From: Desulfomonilaceae bacterium
GTDB lineage: Bacteria > Desulfobacterota > Desulfomonilia > Desulfomonilales > Desulfomonilaceae
DNA: 64,000 nt
Reading direction: 5' to 3'
Assembly (NCBI GenBank): GCA_049969795.1
Contig: JBMFOE010000003.1
Span: 11,184-75,183 of the forward strand
Shown here: one piece after another, positions 10,401 to 19,715 of the stretch
Numbering within the stretch: the stretch's first letter is position 1
Layout: each line of letters starts with the position of its first letter
Notes under the pieces: model-generated
The model's database searches: none
The model's input: the letters and a program-made list of their open reading frames with translations, nothing else
Told to the model about the DNA's origin: nothing
Translations under genes and position numbers: made by a program

Positions 10401-10940
10401 TCATTCAGTGATGCTGGGAGGCGGAGGGTACGCGGCAGCCCGGACGTAACCGAACATCGAGGCAAAAATGCTCTGGGGAAATACCTCAATCAAATCATTG
10501 TATGTTTGCACACTGCTGTTGTAGCGAGTCCGCGTCAAGCTTACCTTGCTGTTTTTTTTCAAGAAGAGGTCCCATTGGCGCAAAAACGTTGGATGCTGAA
10601 GCATCTCTGGATTGCTGTGGACCAGCGTTTCCAAAGTCTTGATGTCCACATCGAGCTGATCGACGGACGCCATAATCACGTCAGGGTCGCGAGAGCGTTT
10701 TATGACGGCCTTTGCCTCTAGCATCTTGGCCGCGGTCTTTGAAAAAAAAGGTTGAAACATCTTCACTGTCTCGAGCAACCCGGGGAGCATGTCATTCCGC
10801 GCCCTCATCTCAGAAAGGAACTCGTTCCACTCGCGCTGCACATTGGCTCTCCCCTCTTGAAGGGCTGGTCGGAGGAATACAAAGGACATTGCAGAAAAGA
10901 AGAGAAACAGAAATACCGCGGCCACAAGCAACTCGATCAT
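10401..10940 (-). CDS. LemA family protein
   Basis: N-terminal TM helix followed by LemA-like segments (RARNDMLPGLLETVK ... YNSSVQTYNDLIEVFPQSIFASMFG). Confidence 0.6.
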   Translation of the reverse strand: MIELLVAAVFLFLFFSAMSFVFLRPALQEGRANVQREWNEFLSEMRARNDMLPGLLETVKMFQPFFSKTAAKMLEAKAVIKRSRDPDVIMASVDQLDVDIKTLETLVHSNPEMLQHPTFLRQWDLFLKKNSKVSLTRTRYNSSVQTYNDLIEVFPQSIFASMFGYVRAAAYPPPPSITE

Positions 10941-11173
10941 CCGAGCATAGTTCAGCGCGGAACGCTCGAGTGAGAGATCATCCCTGATGCTGTTTTTTGA
11001 AAATTGTTGAGACGGCAAAGCGACTACTCGCAAAAAGTGTCGGCAAATGAGCATGTCATATTATGGCGCATCTCGATGGAGGAGGATTTCATCCATTCCT
11101 CGGGAGGACTGCGCCATACTTGAAATTATACTTAAGAAAAAGCTGACATGCCCATGCAGAAGAAAGCATGCGA

Positions 11174-11194
11174 GACAAGGCCCCTTGCCTTGTC
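11174..11194 (-). terminator. candidate hairpin terminator downstream of infC
   Basis: On the minus strand, GACAAGGC-AAGGG-GCCTTGTC (8-bp stem, 5-nt loop) is followed by a moderately U-rich tract (TCGCATGCTTTCTTCT). It lies about 65 nt after the infC stop. Confidence 0.35.
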
Positions 11195-11258
11195 CGGGGG
11201 CGAGTCGAAAAAGGCTCTCACGCTTTCACGACTGCGGCATGCCGCAAAAAAGCTGATT

Positions 11259-11795
11259 TTATTTAGGAGCGATGACCATAGTCATGTTCCGGCCTTCAAA
11301 TTTGGCCGGTTGTTCAACGAGAACGGAATCGCCCAACATCTCGAGCATCTTGTCAATCAAAGACCGCGCCTGTTCCGGGTGCGTGATCTCCCGGCCTCGA
11401 AACATAATCGTCACTTTCACTTTGCATTTTTCGTCCAAGAAGTTTCTCAAATTTCGGACTTTGTGGGCCAGGTCATGGCTCTCGGTCTTGGGGCGCAGTT
11501 TGACTTCTTTGACGACCACGGTGGCCTGTTTTTTCTTCCGCTCGTGCTCTTTTTTGCTTTCCTCGTACCGGTATTTGCCGTAATCCATGATCTTGCAGAC
11601 CGGCGGATCGGCGTTGGGCGCTACTTCCACGAGATCGAGGCCGAATTCTTCGGCCCTGTGAAGAGCATCGGCAATGTCTAGGATTCCGAGTTGTTCGCCG
11701 TCAGGGGCAATGACCCGAACTTGTGCAGCGCGAATCTTTTGGTTCACCCTGACCTTAGGTTCCGCGGCAGTGGTAGCCCTGGGTCGTCCTTTCAT
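11259..11795 (-). CDS. infC: translation initiation factor IF-3
   Basis: INQKIRAAQVRVIAPDGEQLGI followed by the conserved IF3 N and C domains. Sits immediately downstream of thrS. Confidence 0.9.
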   Translation of the reverse strand: MKGRPRATTAAEPKVRVNQKIRAAQVRVIAPDGEQLGILDIADALHRAEEFGLDLVEVAPNADPPVCKIMDYGKYRYEESKKEHERKKKQATVVVKEVKLRPKTESHDLAHKVRNLRNFLDEKCKVKVTIMFRGREITHPEQARSLIDKMLEMLGDSVLVEQPAKFEGRNMTMVIAPK

Positions 11796-11846
11796 AGAAA
11801 CAGCCCCTTATTCATGCATTCTGTCCTCCTGATTACGTGATAGGGT

Positions 11847-13766
11847 TCAAGGTGCGTTGGTACGGGATCGTACCTGTTTCTCGAGGAGGAGTCCAAAAGA
11901 CTCCCAGGAATGCTGGACAGTGGTCTCTTGGCCCCTCGTTCTCACCGCAAGCGACCTATTTTCCACTTCTTTGTCGCCGAGAATGACCATATACGGGATC
12001 TTTTGTGTGCGAGCTTCCCTGATCTTGAGTCCGATTTTTTCGTTTCTCAGGTCCGTCTCTACTCTGAATCCCTTTGTGCGTAGGTAATCGCTCACTTCTG
12101 CGGCATAGGAATCCTGACGGGAGGTTATGGTCATGACAACCACTTGCACCGGCGCCAACCACAAGGGAAAGGCCCCGGCGTAGTGCTCGATGAGCACCCC
12201 GAGGAACCTCTCGATAGCGCCGAGGACGACCCGGTGAATCATAACCGGCCTTTTCCTCTCCCCGTCCGAATCCGTGTAGGTGAGTCCAAATCTCTCCGGA
12301 AGGGTAAAATCGCATTGGATCGTCGCGCACTGCCACGTACGTGACAAAGCGTCTCTGAGTTTGATGTCGATCTTCGGCCCATAGAAAGCGCCATCCCCCT
12401 CATTTATATCGTAAGGGATTTTTTGCTCCCTCAGGGCATTCTCGAGGGCGCGGGTTGCCCGATCCCAATCCTCGTCGGAGCCAATGGATTTTTCAGGACG
12501 AGTGCTCAGCTCCATGGTGTACTCGAAGTCGAATATGCCCATTACGTCTCGTACAAACTGGATAATGGCTAATATTTCATTATTGAGCTGTTCGGGGGTG
12601 CACAGGATGTGGGCGTCGTCCTGAGTGAATTGTCGCACCCGCATGAGCCCATGCAGCACGCCGCTCTTCTCGTGGCGATGAACTGTCCCAAGCTCGAAAA
12701 ATCGCAACGGTAGGTCTCGGTAGGACCGCACCTTTGATTTGTAGATCAGCATGTGGGCCAGGCAGTTCATGGGCTTTATACCGTAGTCAATGTCGTCCAC
12801 CTTGGTGAAATACATGTTTTCTCGATAATGATCGAAATGACCTGACCTTTCCCACAACTCTCTTTTCAAGATTTGCGGGCCTACCACCAACTGGTAGCCG
12901 CGTTTCAAATGCTCAGTCCTCTCGAATTCCTCGACAAGGTATCTCAGCATCGCGCCTTTGGGATGCCATATCACTAAACCCGGTCCTGCGTCGTCCGAGA
13001 TGGAGAACAAGTCTAGTTCTCGGCCCAATTTTCGATGATCCCGCTTTTTTGCCTCTTCGAGGACTTCGAGATACTTTTTGAGTTCCTCTTTGGTAGGGAA
13101 GGCGGTCCCATAGATTCTTTGAAGCATGGGATTATGCTCATCGCCCCGCCAATAGGCCCCTGCCACCTTGGTGAGTTTGAATGCTTTGACAAAGCCCGTG
13201 TGCGGAATGTGCGGTCCTCGACACAAGTCCGTGAATTCGCCCTGGCTATAAAGGGTCACCTCGGAGCCTTCCAAGCCTTCGATCAATTCGACCTTGTAGT
13301 CTTCGCCCTTTTCCCTAAAATATTGGATGGCCTGATCCTTGGGCAGCACCATTCGACGAAACGGAAGCCGACTCTTCACGATCTCCTTCATTCGATTCTC
13401 TATTTTTTCGAGATCGTCTGGGGTGAACGGCCTGGGGCTGTCGAAGTCGTAGTAGAAGCCGTCGGCGATGGCTGGCCCAATAGTGATCTTCACGTCCGGA
13501 TAAAGCTCTTTGACGGCTTGAGCCATGATATGCGCCGCGGAATGGCGGATTATCTCCAGCCCTTTGGGTGTATGCGCGCCGATAAAAGCGAGTCTCCCGG
13601 ACGTGGTGATGGGCGCCGCGAGATCGATGGCGCCGCCGTCCATCTCAGCGGCAACAGGACTGTCCCCAACTTGTACCGTGATTTCCCTCAAGATTTCTTC
13701 GGGGCTTACTCCAGGCGTGAATTGCTTTTTTTCCCCGGCAATTTCAATCGCAATGGTGGGTTTCAT
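11847..13766 (-). CDS. thrS: threonine--tRNA ligase
   Basis: 639 aa with a TGS-like N-terminus, class II core ([24 protein letters not shown]) and an anticodon-binding C-terminus. Confidence 0.95.
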   Translation of the reverse strand: MKPTIAIEIAGEKKQFTPGVSPEEILREITVQVGDSPVAAEMDGGAIDLAAPITTSGRLAFIGAHTPKGLEIIRHSAAHIMAQAVKELYPDVKITIGPAIADGFYYDFDSPRPFTPDDLEKIENRMKEIVKSRLPFRRMVLPKDQAIQYFREKGEDYKVELIEGLEGSEVTLYSQGEFTDLCRGPHIPHTGFVKAFKLTKVAGAYWRGDEHNPMLQRIYGTAFPTKEELKKYLEVLEEAKKRDHRKLGRELDLFSISDDAGPGLVIWHPKGAMLRYLVEEFERTEHLKRGYQLVVGPQILKRELWERSGHFDHYRENMYFTKVDDIDYGIKPMNCLAHMLIYKSKVRSYRDLPLRFFELGTVHRHEKSGVLHGLMRVRQFTQDDAHILCTPEQLNNEILAIIQFVRDVMGIFDFEYTMELSTRPEKSIGSDEDWDRATRALENALREQKIPYDINEGDGAFYGPKIDIKLRDALSRTWQCATIQCDFTLPERFGLTYTDSDGERKRPVMIHRVVLGAIERFLGVLIEHYAGAFPLWLAPVQVVVMTITSRQDSYAAEVSDYLRTKGFRVETDLRNEKIGLKIREARTQKIPYMVILGDKEVENRSLAVRTRGQETTVQHSWESFGLLLEKQVRSRTNAP

Positions 13767-13888
13767 GCTGGCTGGTTCGTATCTCTCTCAGTGGCTGCCC
13801 AATGCAACCCGTTTGCCGTCATTAATATACTCCGCCTCCTTCTGTACGCTGCACCTCTTTTGCCGAGATTCGCGCTGCAAGCTGCTGG

Positions 13889-13963
13889 TGGTAGGCGCGT
13901 GGGGATTTGAACCCCAGACCCTCACCGCGTCAAGGTGATGCTCTCCCCCTGAGCTACGCGCCT
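13889..13963 (-). tRNA. tRNA-Val (anticodon GAC)
   Basis: Folded by hand on the reverse complement: AGGCGCG/TA/GCTC-AGGGGGA-GAGC/A/TCACC-TTGACGC-GGTGA/GGGTC/TGGGG-TTCAAAT-CCCCA/CGCGCCT/A/CCA. 75 nt with encoded CCA. Confidence 0.9.
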
Positions 13964-14113
13964 TCTATTCAGTGCTACGAGTAACAGCAGGCAAGAGGAT
14001 TGTCAAGGGAAAATCAAAATGAGAGCGCGCCCCGGGCGAGATTCGGACTGCGAGGGGCGCTGTTTTATTAGCCATGCGGCGAAAAAAGCGCCGTGCGGCG
14101 CCCTCTTTGAACA

Positions 14114-14800
14114 TCATCGATTCGGAGACCAATGGAGGGAAACGCGCCGGGGCGCAACATCAGGAAGGCTGCCAACAAGGCACCCATTGGCCGGATTCAA
14201 CAGCTTTTGCAGGAGCGACAAGGCATAGGGGCTGTCCCAACGTGCAGCGCCCACGCTGTAACCGACGACCCCGCCTCGACAATCCACAATGTAATTTGTG
14301 GGAAAACCCGGAACCTCGAGTATGGCCTCTCGCGCAGGATTGACCACAAAAGCCGTGGTCTTGGCGCCCATTTGTACCACCTTGAGATCGAAGCCGCTCG
14401 CGCCCTTCTGCAGCACCGGAAACGGCGGTCGCTTTGCCGCGACATATTGAGAGATGGCTTGGGGGGGATCCACAAAATTCACGGCGAGAATTTCAAGACC
14501 TCTCGGCGCCATGGATTGCTTCAGTTGCACGAGCATGGGCTCTTCCATGCGGCAGGCTGGGCAGTTAATTGACCAAAAATGGAGTATCACTACCTTGCCT
14601 TGGTAATCCTTCAGGGAAATAGTTTGCCCAGAAGGGGTGTGAAACTCGATGTTCCCGAGCTGGTATGGCTGGGGATAGAGAGAGATGTTGGCGTTGTTGG
14701 AGGGTTCGGTTGTCTGCGAGAACGCGGTGGATGCGAGCAGGACCAAGGCGATGACCATAGGGAGCGTGTGAGCGTAGCTTTGATGGAAGAGGCGTTTCAT
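14114..14800 (-). CDS. TlpA-family thiol:disulfide oxidoreductase (redoxin), secreted
   Basis: Signal peptide MKRLFHQSYAHTLPMVIALVLLASTAFS and thioredoxin-fold WSINCPACRME (CxxC). AGGAG RBS upstream. Confidence 0.75.
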   Translation of the reverse strand: MKRLFHQSYAHTLPMVIALVLLASTAFSQTTEPSNNANISLYPQPYQLGNIEFHTPSGQTISLKDYQGKVVILHFWSINCPACRMEEPMLVQLKQSMAPRGLEILAVNFVDPPQAISQYVAAKRPPFPVLQKGASGFDLKVVQMGAKTTAFVVNPAREAILEVPGFPTNYIVDCRGGVVGYSVGAARWDSPYALSLLQKLLNPANGCLVGSLPDVAPRRVSLHWSPNR

Positions 14801-15051
14801 GGCGACTCCTGGCGATATAATATACAAATATATCTATTATAATATGAAAACCGCCGTGTCAATCTCCCTCGCGCCCTCTCACTCCAAAAAAACGCGCCCA
14901 GCCCATAAATTGATCAATCATTCTCCCCATGCTATGGTTGATCCAAGAGGCGGCGTGCCTCGCGCTGGGCCGTGAGCGCACGCTGCGAAGCGCGATGTAA
15001 ACGGGTATTCATCGAGGCGCTGGGAAAAAGCAAAAGAGGATCTTCTCGACT

Positions 15052-15933
15052 GTGAATAGACGAAAACTTGTCATTATTACCGGACTCTCAGGTTCTGGGA
15101 AGTCCACGGTAGCACGCGCCCTGGAGGATATCGGCTTTTTCTGCGTGGACAATCTCCCGCTGGATTTGCTCCCCAAGCTGCTGGAACTGGCGGATTCACG
15201 GGGAGCGGACCTCAGAGATTTGGCGCTCGTCATAGATGCGAGGCAAAGGCAACTGATATCTCATCCATCTGCGGTGTTCGATTCTTTTCAGTCCCAGAAC
15301 TTCAGCCTGGAGGTGTTGTTTCTCGACACGCGTGATGAGGTGCTCATACGGAGGTACAGCGAGACAAGACGGCAGCACCCCTTGGCTCAGGAAGGGAATG
15401 TCTTGGATGGGATCCGCAGGGAGAGAGTCATACTCGAAGCTGTGAAGAACCGCGCCGATTGGGTGATCGACACGTCTGACATGACGGTTCACCAACTCAG
15501 GGAAGAGATCATAAGCTTGTTCAAGCGCTCTGAAACCGGCATCCCTAAAATCGTGGTGAATTCGTTTGGGTTTGGCAAAGGCATTCCCCTGGAATCTGAT
15601 TTGATCTTTGACGTCCGTTTTTTGCCAAATCCGCATTTCGTGGAGGAATTAAAGCAAAAAGATGGCTTGAGCAAAGAGGTGCGGGACTTTGTGTTAGAGC
15701 ACGCAACGACTCAGCAATTTTTGCAAAAGTTAGACGACCTGCTCGCTTTTCTGTTACCCCTTTACATAAAAGAGGGGAAGCAGTACCTTACCATTTCGGT
15801 GGGGTGTACAGGAGGACGGCATCGGTCGGTGGTCATTGCGGAACATCTCAAAGAGACGTTTGGGAAGTTGGGCTACCATGGCGTCGAGGTAAGGCACAGG
15901 GAGCTTGGCGTGCGCAGCCCAATATCGTTGTGA
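15052..15933 (+). CDS. rapZ: RNase adapter protein RapZ (YvcJ/GlmZ-inactivating NTPase family)
   Basis: Walker A ITGLSGSGKST and C-terminal GCTGGRHRSV motif. GTG start. Confidence 0.9.
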   Translation: MNRRKLVIITGLSGSGKSTVARALEDIGFFCVDNLPLDLLPKLLELADSRGADLRDLALVIDARQRQLISHPSAVFDSFQSQNFSLEVLFLDTRDEVLIRRYSETRRQHPLAQEGNVLDGIRRERVILEAVKNRADWVIDTSDMTVHQLREEIISLFKRSETGIPKIVVNSFGFGKGIPLESDLIFDVRFLPNPHFVEELKQKDGLSKEVRDFVLEHATTQQFLQKLDDLLAFLLPLYIKEGKQYLTISVGCTGGRHRSVVIAEHLKETFGKLGYHGVEVRHRELGVRSPISL

Positions 15934-16248
15934 ACAGATTCGAGCGGCCACGAGGCGTCAAAGGAAGCTGTCAATGACGTCTTAAGGGCGTCTGGCGCCG
16001 CAGCGAGAGAGACAACGGCTCGGAAAGCCCCTGAGTCGCATGTGAACACAAGCCGCTGCGATACGTGAGCCGCAGATACAATGCAATGGTTGAACGCGGG
16101 CAAGCCTGACAATGGGCGCGTCGCCCGACCTGTAATGTAACGAAAAGTTGCCCTTCTGCAATAGCCGAGAGCCGCATGCGAGGGATGCAGGCGCGGCAGG
16201 AAAAAATCCGGGGTGGTGAGCGAGGCCCGGAATGAGCGTGAAAAGAGA

Positions 16249-16674
16249 ATGATCGGAATCCTAGTATTAACGCATGGCGAGCTTGCGGATGAGTTCCTCA
16301 AGACGGCTCGAATGATTGGTCTGAGTTCAGAGGAACGCGTCGTGGCGCTATGCGTCGATCCATCAACTGCACCTGATGCTCTGCGGGACAACCTTGGCAA
16401 GGTGATTCGAGAAATTGACGATGGAGACGGCGTGCTCATCTTGACGGATCTCTTCGGCGGCACCCCCACGAACCTGTCGCTGTCTTTCTTGACCGAGGGA
16501 AAAGTGGAAGTAGTGACGGGGCTCAATCTCCCGATGATCATAAAGGCAGTGAACTCACGCGAGGCGCATGATGTGAGATCGCTGGCAAAAGAGGCTTCCG
16601 AGGCCGGCAAGGAAAACATATATCTCGCGGGAGACGTTCTTCGTCAGCGGATGGCAAAGAAGAACAACAGGTAA
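16249..16674 (+). CDS. PTS mannose-family EIIA component
   Basis: IGILVLTHGELADEFLKTARMI N-terminus is typical of EIIA-Man. The start is uncertain: ATG 16249 or GTG 16213. Confidence 0.7.
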   Translation: MIGILVLTHGELADEFLKTARMIGLSSEERVVALCVDPSTAPDALRDNLGKVIREIDDGDGVLILTDLFGGTPTNLSLSFLTEGKVEVVTGLNLPMIIKAVNSREAHDVRSLAKEASEAGKENIYLAGDVLRQRMAKKNNR

Positions 16675-16718
16675 CGATGGTGAACGCGCTTTGTGGCGAC
16701 ACATCTTGGGGTTCCTGA

Positions 16719-17219
16719 ATGCCGATAGTGCTTGTACGCGTCGATGACCGCTTGATCCATGGCCAAATCATCGAAGGCTGGTTACCCGTCACCAAGGCAG
16801 AGGAACTCATTATCGCCGATGATGCGCTCGCCCAAGACAGCCTCCAACAAATGATCATGCTGTCCGCCCTCCCGTTGTCAGTCGGCCTTATCGTGGATAC
16901 CGTCGATGCCGTAGCCTCCCTCCTGCGAGATGACCGCGGAAACAGCCTTCGTCGCATAGTACTCGTGAAACGCCCAAAGGACGCCTTGCGGCTGATGCGA
17001 GCGGGCGTGCAATTTGATCACCTCAACGTTGGCAATCTGATGTCCAGGGAAGTAGCGGTTTGCTTGGGGCGGTCTGTCATGGTAAGCATGGAATGCCTCA
17101 TGGATCTCAACAGCATCATTGAGGAAGGCGTCCGCGTCACTATTCAGACTGTGCCGTTTGAAAAACCGGATGAGCTGCTCGATCTCAAACGATTTTTTTT
17201 GGACCACGATATTGTCTAG
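16719..17219 (+). CDS. PTS mannose/fructose/sorbose-family EIIB component
   Basis: MPIVLVRVDDRLIHGQIIEGWLP matches the EIIB-Man phospho-His motif region. Confidence 0.8.
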   Translation: MPIVLVRVDDRLIHGQIIEGWLPVTKAEELIIADDALAQDSLQQMIMLSALPLSVGLIVDTVDAVASLLRDDRGNSLRRIVLVKRPKDALRLMRAGVQFDHLNVGNLMSREVAVCLGRSVMVSMECLMDLNSIIEEGVRVTIQTVPFEKPDELLDLKRFFLDHDIV

Positions 17220-17294
17220 GCCTACCGTCGCTGCGCAATAATGGTATAATGATTTAGTAATCGCAATTGAAGCGTGACTTACTTCAGGTGATTT

Positions 17295-17992
17295 ATGTTA
17301 AACGCGGCGATCCTTGCAGGGGTTGTCGGTGGCCTGATATGGCTGGACAAGTTCCAGGTGCTCCAGGTCATGGTGAGCAGGCCAATCGTATGCGCCCCCA
17401 TCCTCGGGTGGTGCCTGGGCGATGTCTCTGCCGGCGCTGCCACCGGCGTGCTCTTCGAACTCCTCTGGCTGCGGCGTCCTCCTATTGGGGGCTTCATAAG
17501 TCCGGATTCCACCTTTGGCGCAATCGCCGCGGCCGCGATTTCGAGCTGGGTTGTTCAGGCGGTCCGGGTGGATGTGAGTGCCGCGGTGTTCATCACCTTC
17601 CTGGCTGTATTCCCGGTCTGCTACGTAGGGACGAGGCTGGACGCCCAAGTGCGGCGTTACACCGGTAAGATAGCCCTGCGCGTGGAAACGCTTCAAAAAG
17701 AAGGCAAAGAGGGACGGGTCTTCGCATATTTTTTGTTGGGCCTTGCCATTGGGTTCTCCATGGCTTTTTTACTCATTTTCACCACAACTCTCTATGGCCT
17801 TTTGCTGATACCGCTTCTCTTGTCAGCCTTGCCCGCGAGGATTGTTCAGGTGCGGGTCTCGCCTATTACGTGGCGCCTCTTGTGGGGGTCGCGGATATGC
17901 TGGTGGGGCTCCACGAAAAAAGGCGCCTCATCCTGTTTTTTGTCGGTCTTGTGGGAACAATGTGTACGCTGTTCCTGCTTGGATGCCGTTGA
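17295..17992 (+). CDS. PTS mannose-family EIIC-like membrane protein, apparently frameshifted near nt 17846-17850
   Basis: Hydrophobic EIIC-like sequence runs in frame 0 to about 17845. The plausible continuation GAGLAYYVAPLVGVADMLVGLHEKRRLILFFVGLVGTMCTLFLLGCR* is in the neighbouring frame and stops at 17990-17992. Confidence 0.5.
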
Positions 17993-18011
17993 CAACCATA
18001 CCGATTTTTGC

Positions 18012-18470
18012 ATGGCGACCAACGTGAAGGGCGTGATTGCGCGGGAAATGACCGCGCCTGATCTTGATCAGGTCCTGTTCATCGAACAGAGCTCTTACGG
18101 CGCGCCATGGTCGCGAGACATGTTCATGGACGAAATATCGAATCCGCTGAGTCGGGCGCTGGTCTTTGAACTCGACGGCCGCATAGTGGGGTATTTGTGC
18201 TGCTGGGAGATTGTGGACGAATGCCATATACTGAACATCGCGGTGCATCCCGATTACCGTCGTCAGGGAGTCGGAAGCGCGATACTCAAGATTCTCGAGG
18301 CGGCCTGTCGGGCAAAAGGCCTCACACGAATCCTCTTGGACGTAGGCAGAAGGAACAATCCGGCGCGGAACCTGTACAAAAAAATGGGATTCAAGGCGGT
18401 TGGCTTTCGGAAAAATTACTACAAAGAGGTGGGTGACGACGCGTTGCTCATGGATAAAATCCTTACCTGA
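18012..18470 (+). CDS. rimI: ribosomal-protein-alanine N-acetyltransferase (GNAT)
   Basis: GNAT core ILNIAVHPDYRRQGVGSAIL ... NNPARNLYKKMGFK. Own ATG at 18012, 20 nt after the alternate-frame EIIC stop. Confidence 0.8.
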   Translation: MATNVKGVIAREMTAPDLDQVLFIEQSSYGAPWSRDMFMDEISNPLSRALVFELDGRIVGYLCCWEIVDECHILNIAVHPDYRRQGVGSAILKILEAACRAKGLTRILLDVGRRNNPARNLYKKMGFKAVGFRKNYYKEVGDDALLMDKILT

Positions 18471-18583
18471 CTGCGTCGAGGGAACATGGCTGTTGTCCCA
18501 GGGACGTGTGGTTGCGAGCCAAGCGATCTCGTCAGTCATGTGGAGACGCCGGTAATCATCGAACAGATCGAGAACGACGGGTC

Positions 18584-19360
18584 ATGGCCAGTTACCGGGT
18601 GAAGTTTTTGGTCGTTGCCGCGGCTATTGTCCTCGGATGCGTCTGGACGCCGCCCAAGGTCTTGGGATCGTCGAGCGACGCTGAAGCCCAATTACGTGAA
18701 AGATTCGGCGAGCGGCTGGAAGAGCGCCGCGGCATGGTGGAAAATCAACTCAAGGGCCTTGGCAGGATACCCATTACCGACCAGCGCGTTCTCGAGGCCA
18801 TGCGCAAAGTTCCCCGGCATCTATTCATTCCCGAGAGCCGCAGAAGCCTCGCCTATGCTGACAGCCCAGTCCCCATCGGGTACGGTCAAACCATTTCCCA
18901 GCCATACATCGTGGCGCTCATGACCCAGGCTTTGGATATCCAACCAGGCATGAAGGTGCTCGAGATCGGGACTGGGTCAGGGTATCAAGCGGCAGTCCTG
19001 GCTGAAATAACGAACAACGTTTTTACCATTGAACTCCTCAAACCGCTCTACGAGTTTGCAAGCCACAATCTCGTGCATTTGGGCTACTCTCAGGTCAAAT
19101 GCCGCCAAGGAGACGGTTACTATGGTTGGCCGGAACAGGCCCCGTTTGACAGAATCATCGTGACATGCGCAGCGCTCCACATTCCGCCGCCTCTGCTCGA
19201 TCAATTAAAACCTAACGGCAAAATGATCATACCGGTGGGCGCCGCGTTCGAGACCCAGCGACTCCTTCTCGTGTCAAAAGATCTTGACGGTCGGCGCCGG
19301 TCAGAGACGGTGACGCTCGTACGCTTCGTCCCCTTGATTCGAGGAGGTGAAGGGAATTAG
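18584..19360 (+). CDS. pcm: protein-L-isoaspartate O-methyltransferase (with N-terminal signal/anchor)
   Basis: Motifs GYGQTISQPYIVALM and VLEIGTGSGYQAAVLA. Confidence 0.9.
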   Translation: MASYRVKFLVVAAAIVLGCVWTPPKVLGSSSDAEAQLRERFGERLEERRGMVENQLKGLGRIPITDQRVLEAMRKVPRHLFIPESRRSLAYADSPVPIGYGQTISQPYIVALMTQALDIQPGMKVLEIGTGSGYQAAVLAEITNNVFTIELLKPLYEFASHNLVHLGYSQVKCRQGDGYYGWPEQAPFDRIIVTCAALHIPPPLLDQLKPNGKMIIPVGAAFETQRLLLVSKDLDGRRRSETVTLVRFVPLIRGGEGN

Positions 19361-19582
19361 GTCCGTGACGGGCAGCGCTCCAATATTTTTTGCAGGTCGT
19401 CTTCGCTGCGCTGCCAATGGATTCAGCCATTGAGCGCAGGGACCAGCGCGACGCTGCAAGCATCTGAGTTGTCGAAGAAAAACGAGAATTCCACAGGCGC
19501 GCCGCAGCATGAACATGATAACCTTCAAAGTCTCCGTCACGGTTGAGAGAAGATCAATTAGTAGCTGCGCAGCGCTTGATCT

Positions 19583-19650
19583 GTCATGCCGGACTCGATC
19601 CAGTATCCAGGAAAGGAAGAATGGATTCCCACTTGCGAGGGGATAACATG
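19583..19650 (+). repeat. short intergenic repeat, family A (GTCATGCCG...ATGGATTCCCAC type)
   Basis: About 37 of 50 positions match the 50-nt unit at 23732-23781, and it is related to 40848-40913. It would translate as MPDSIQYPGKEEWIPTCEGIT, the repeat-derived pseudo-peptide type. Confidence 0.7.
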
Positions 19651-19715
19651 CAGCGGGAAACAGCGCATTTCGCGGTTATCTTCGAGAATGGCTATAAACT
19701 ACCGGAGCGCGTCCC

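Noticed and set aside
11055-11258. Expected rpmI-rplT genes downstream of infC
   Set aside because: Only about 200 nt separate infC from the LemA gene, and they contain hairpins but no L35- or L20-like ORF. The classical thrS-infC-rpmI-rplT arrangement is simply not present here. Not considered remarkable enough for a finding.
13035-13910. 291-aa plus-strand ORF
   Set aside because: Antisense to thrS, and it runs into the tRNA-Val gene. Shadow ORF.
15873-16619. 248-aa minus-strand ORF
   Set aside because: Antisense to the rapZ 3' end, the spacer and the EIIA gene. Ser/Arg-rich composition and no motifs.
17295-18470. 391-aa ORF that would be a PTS EIIC-RimI fusion protein
   Set aside because: The joining segment is Trp/Cys-rich and unlike either domain. 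An alternate frame gives a plausible EIIC C-terminus with a stop at 17990-17992, and rimI has its own ATG at 18012. Treated as a frameshift artefact or pseudogene, not a real fusion.
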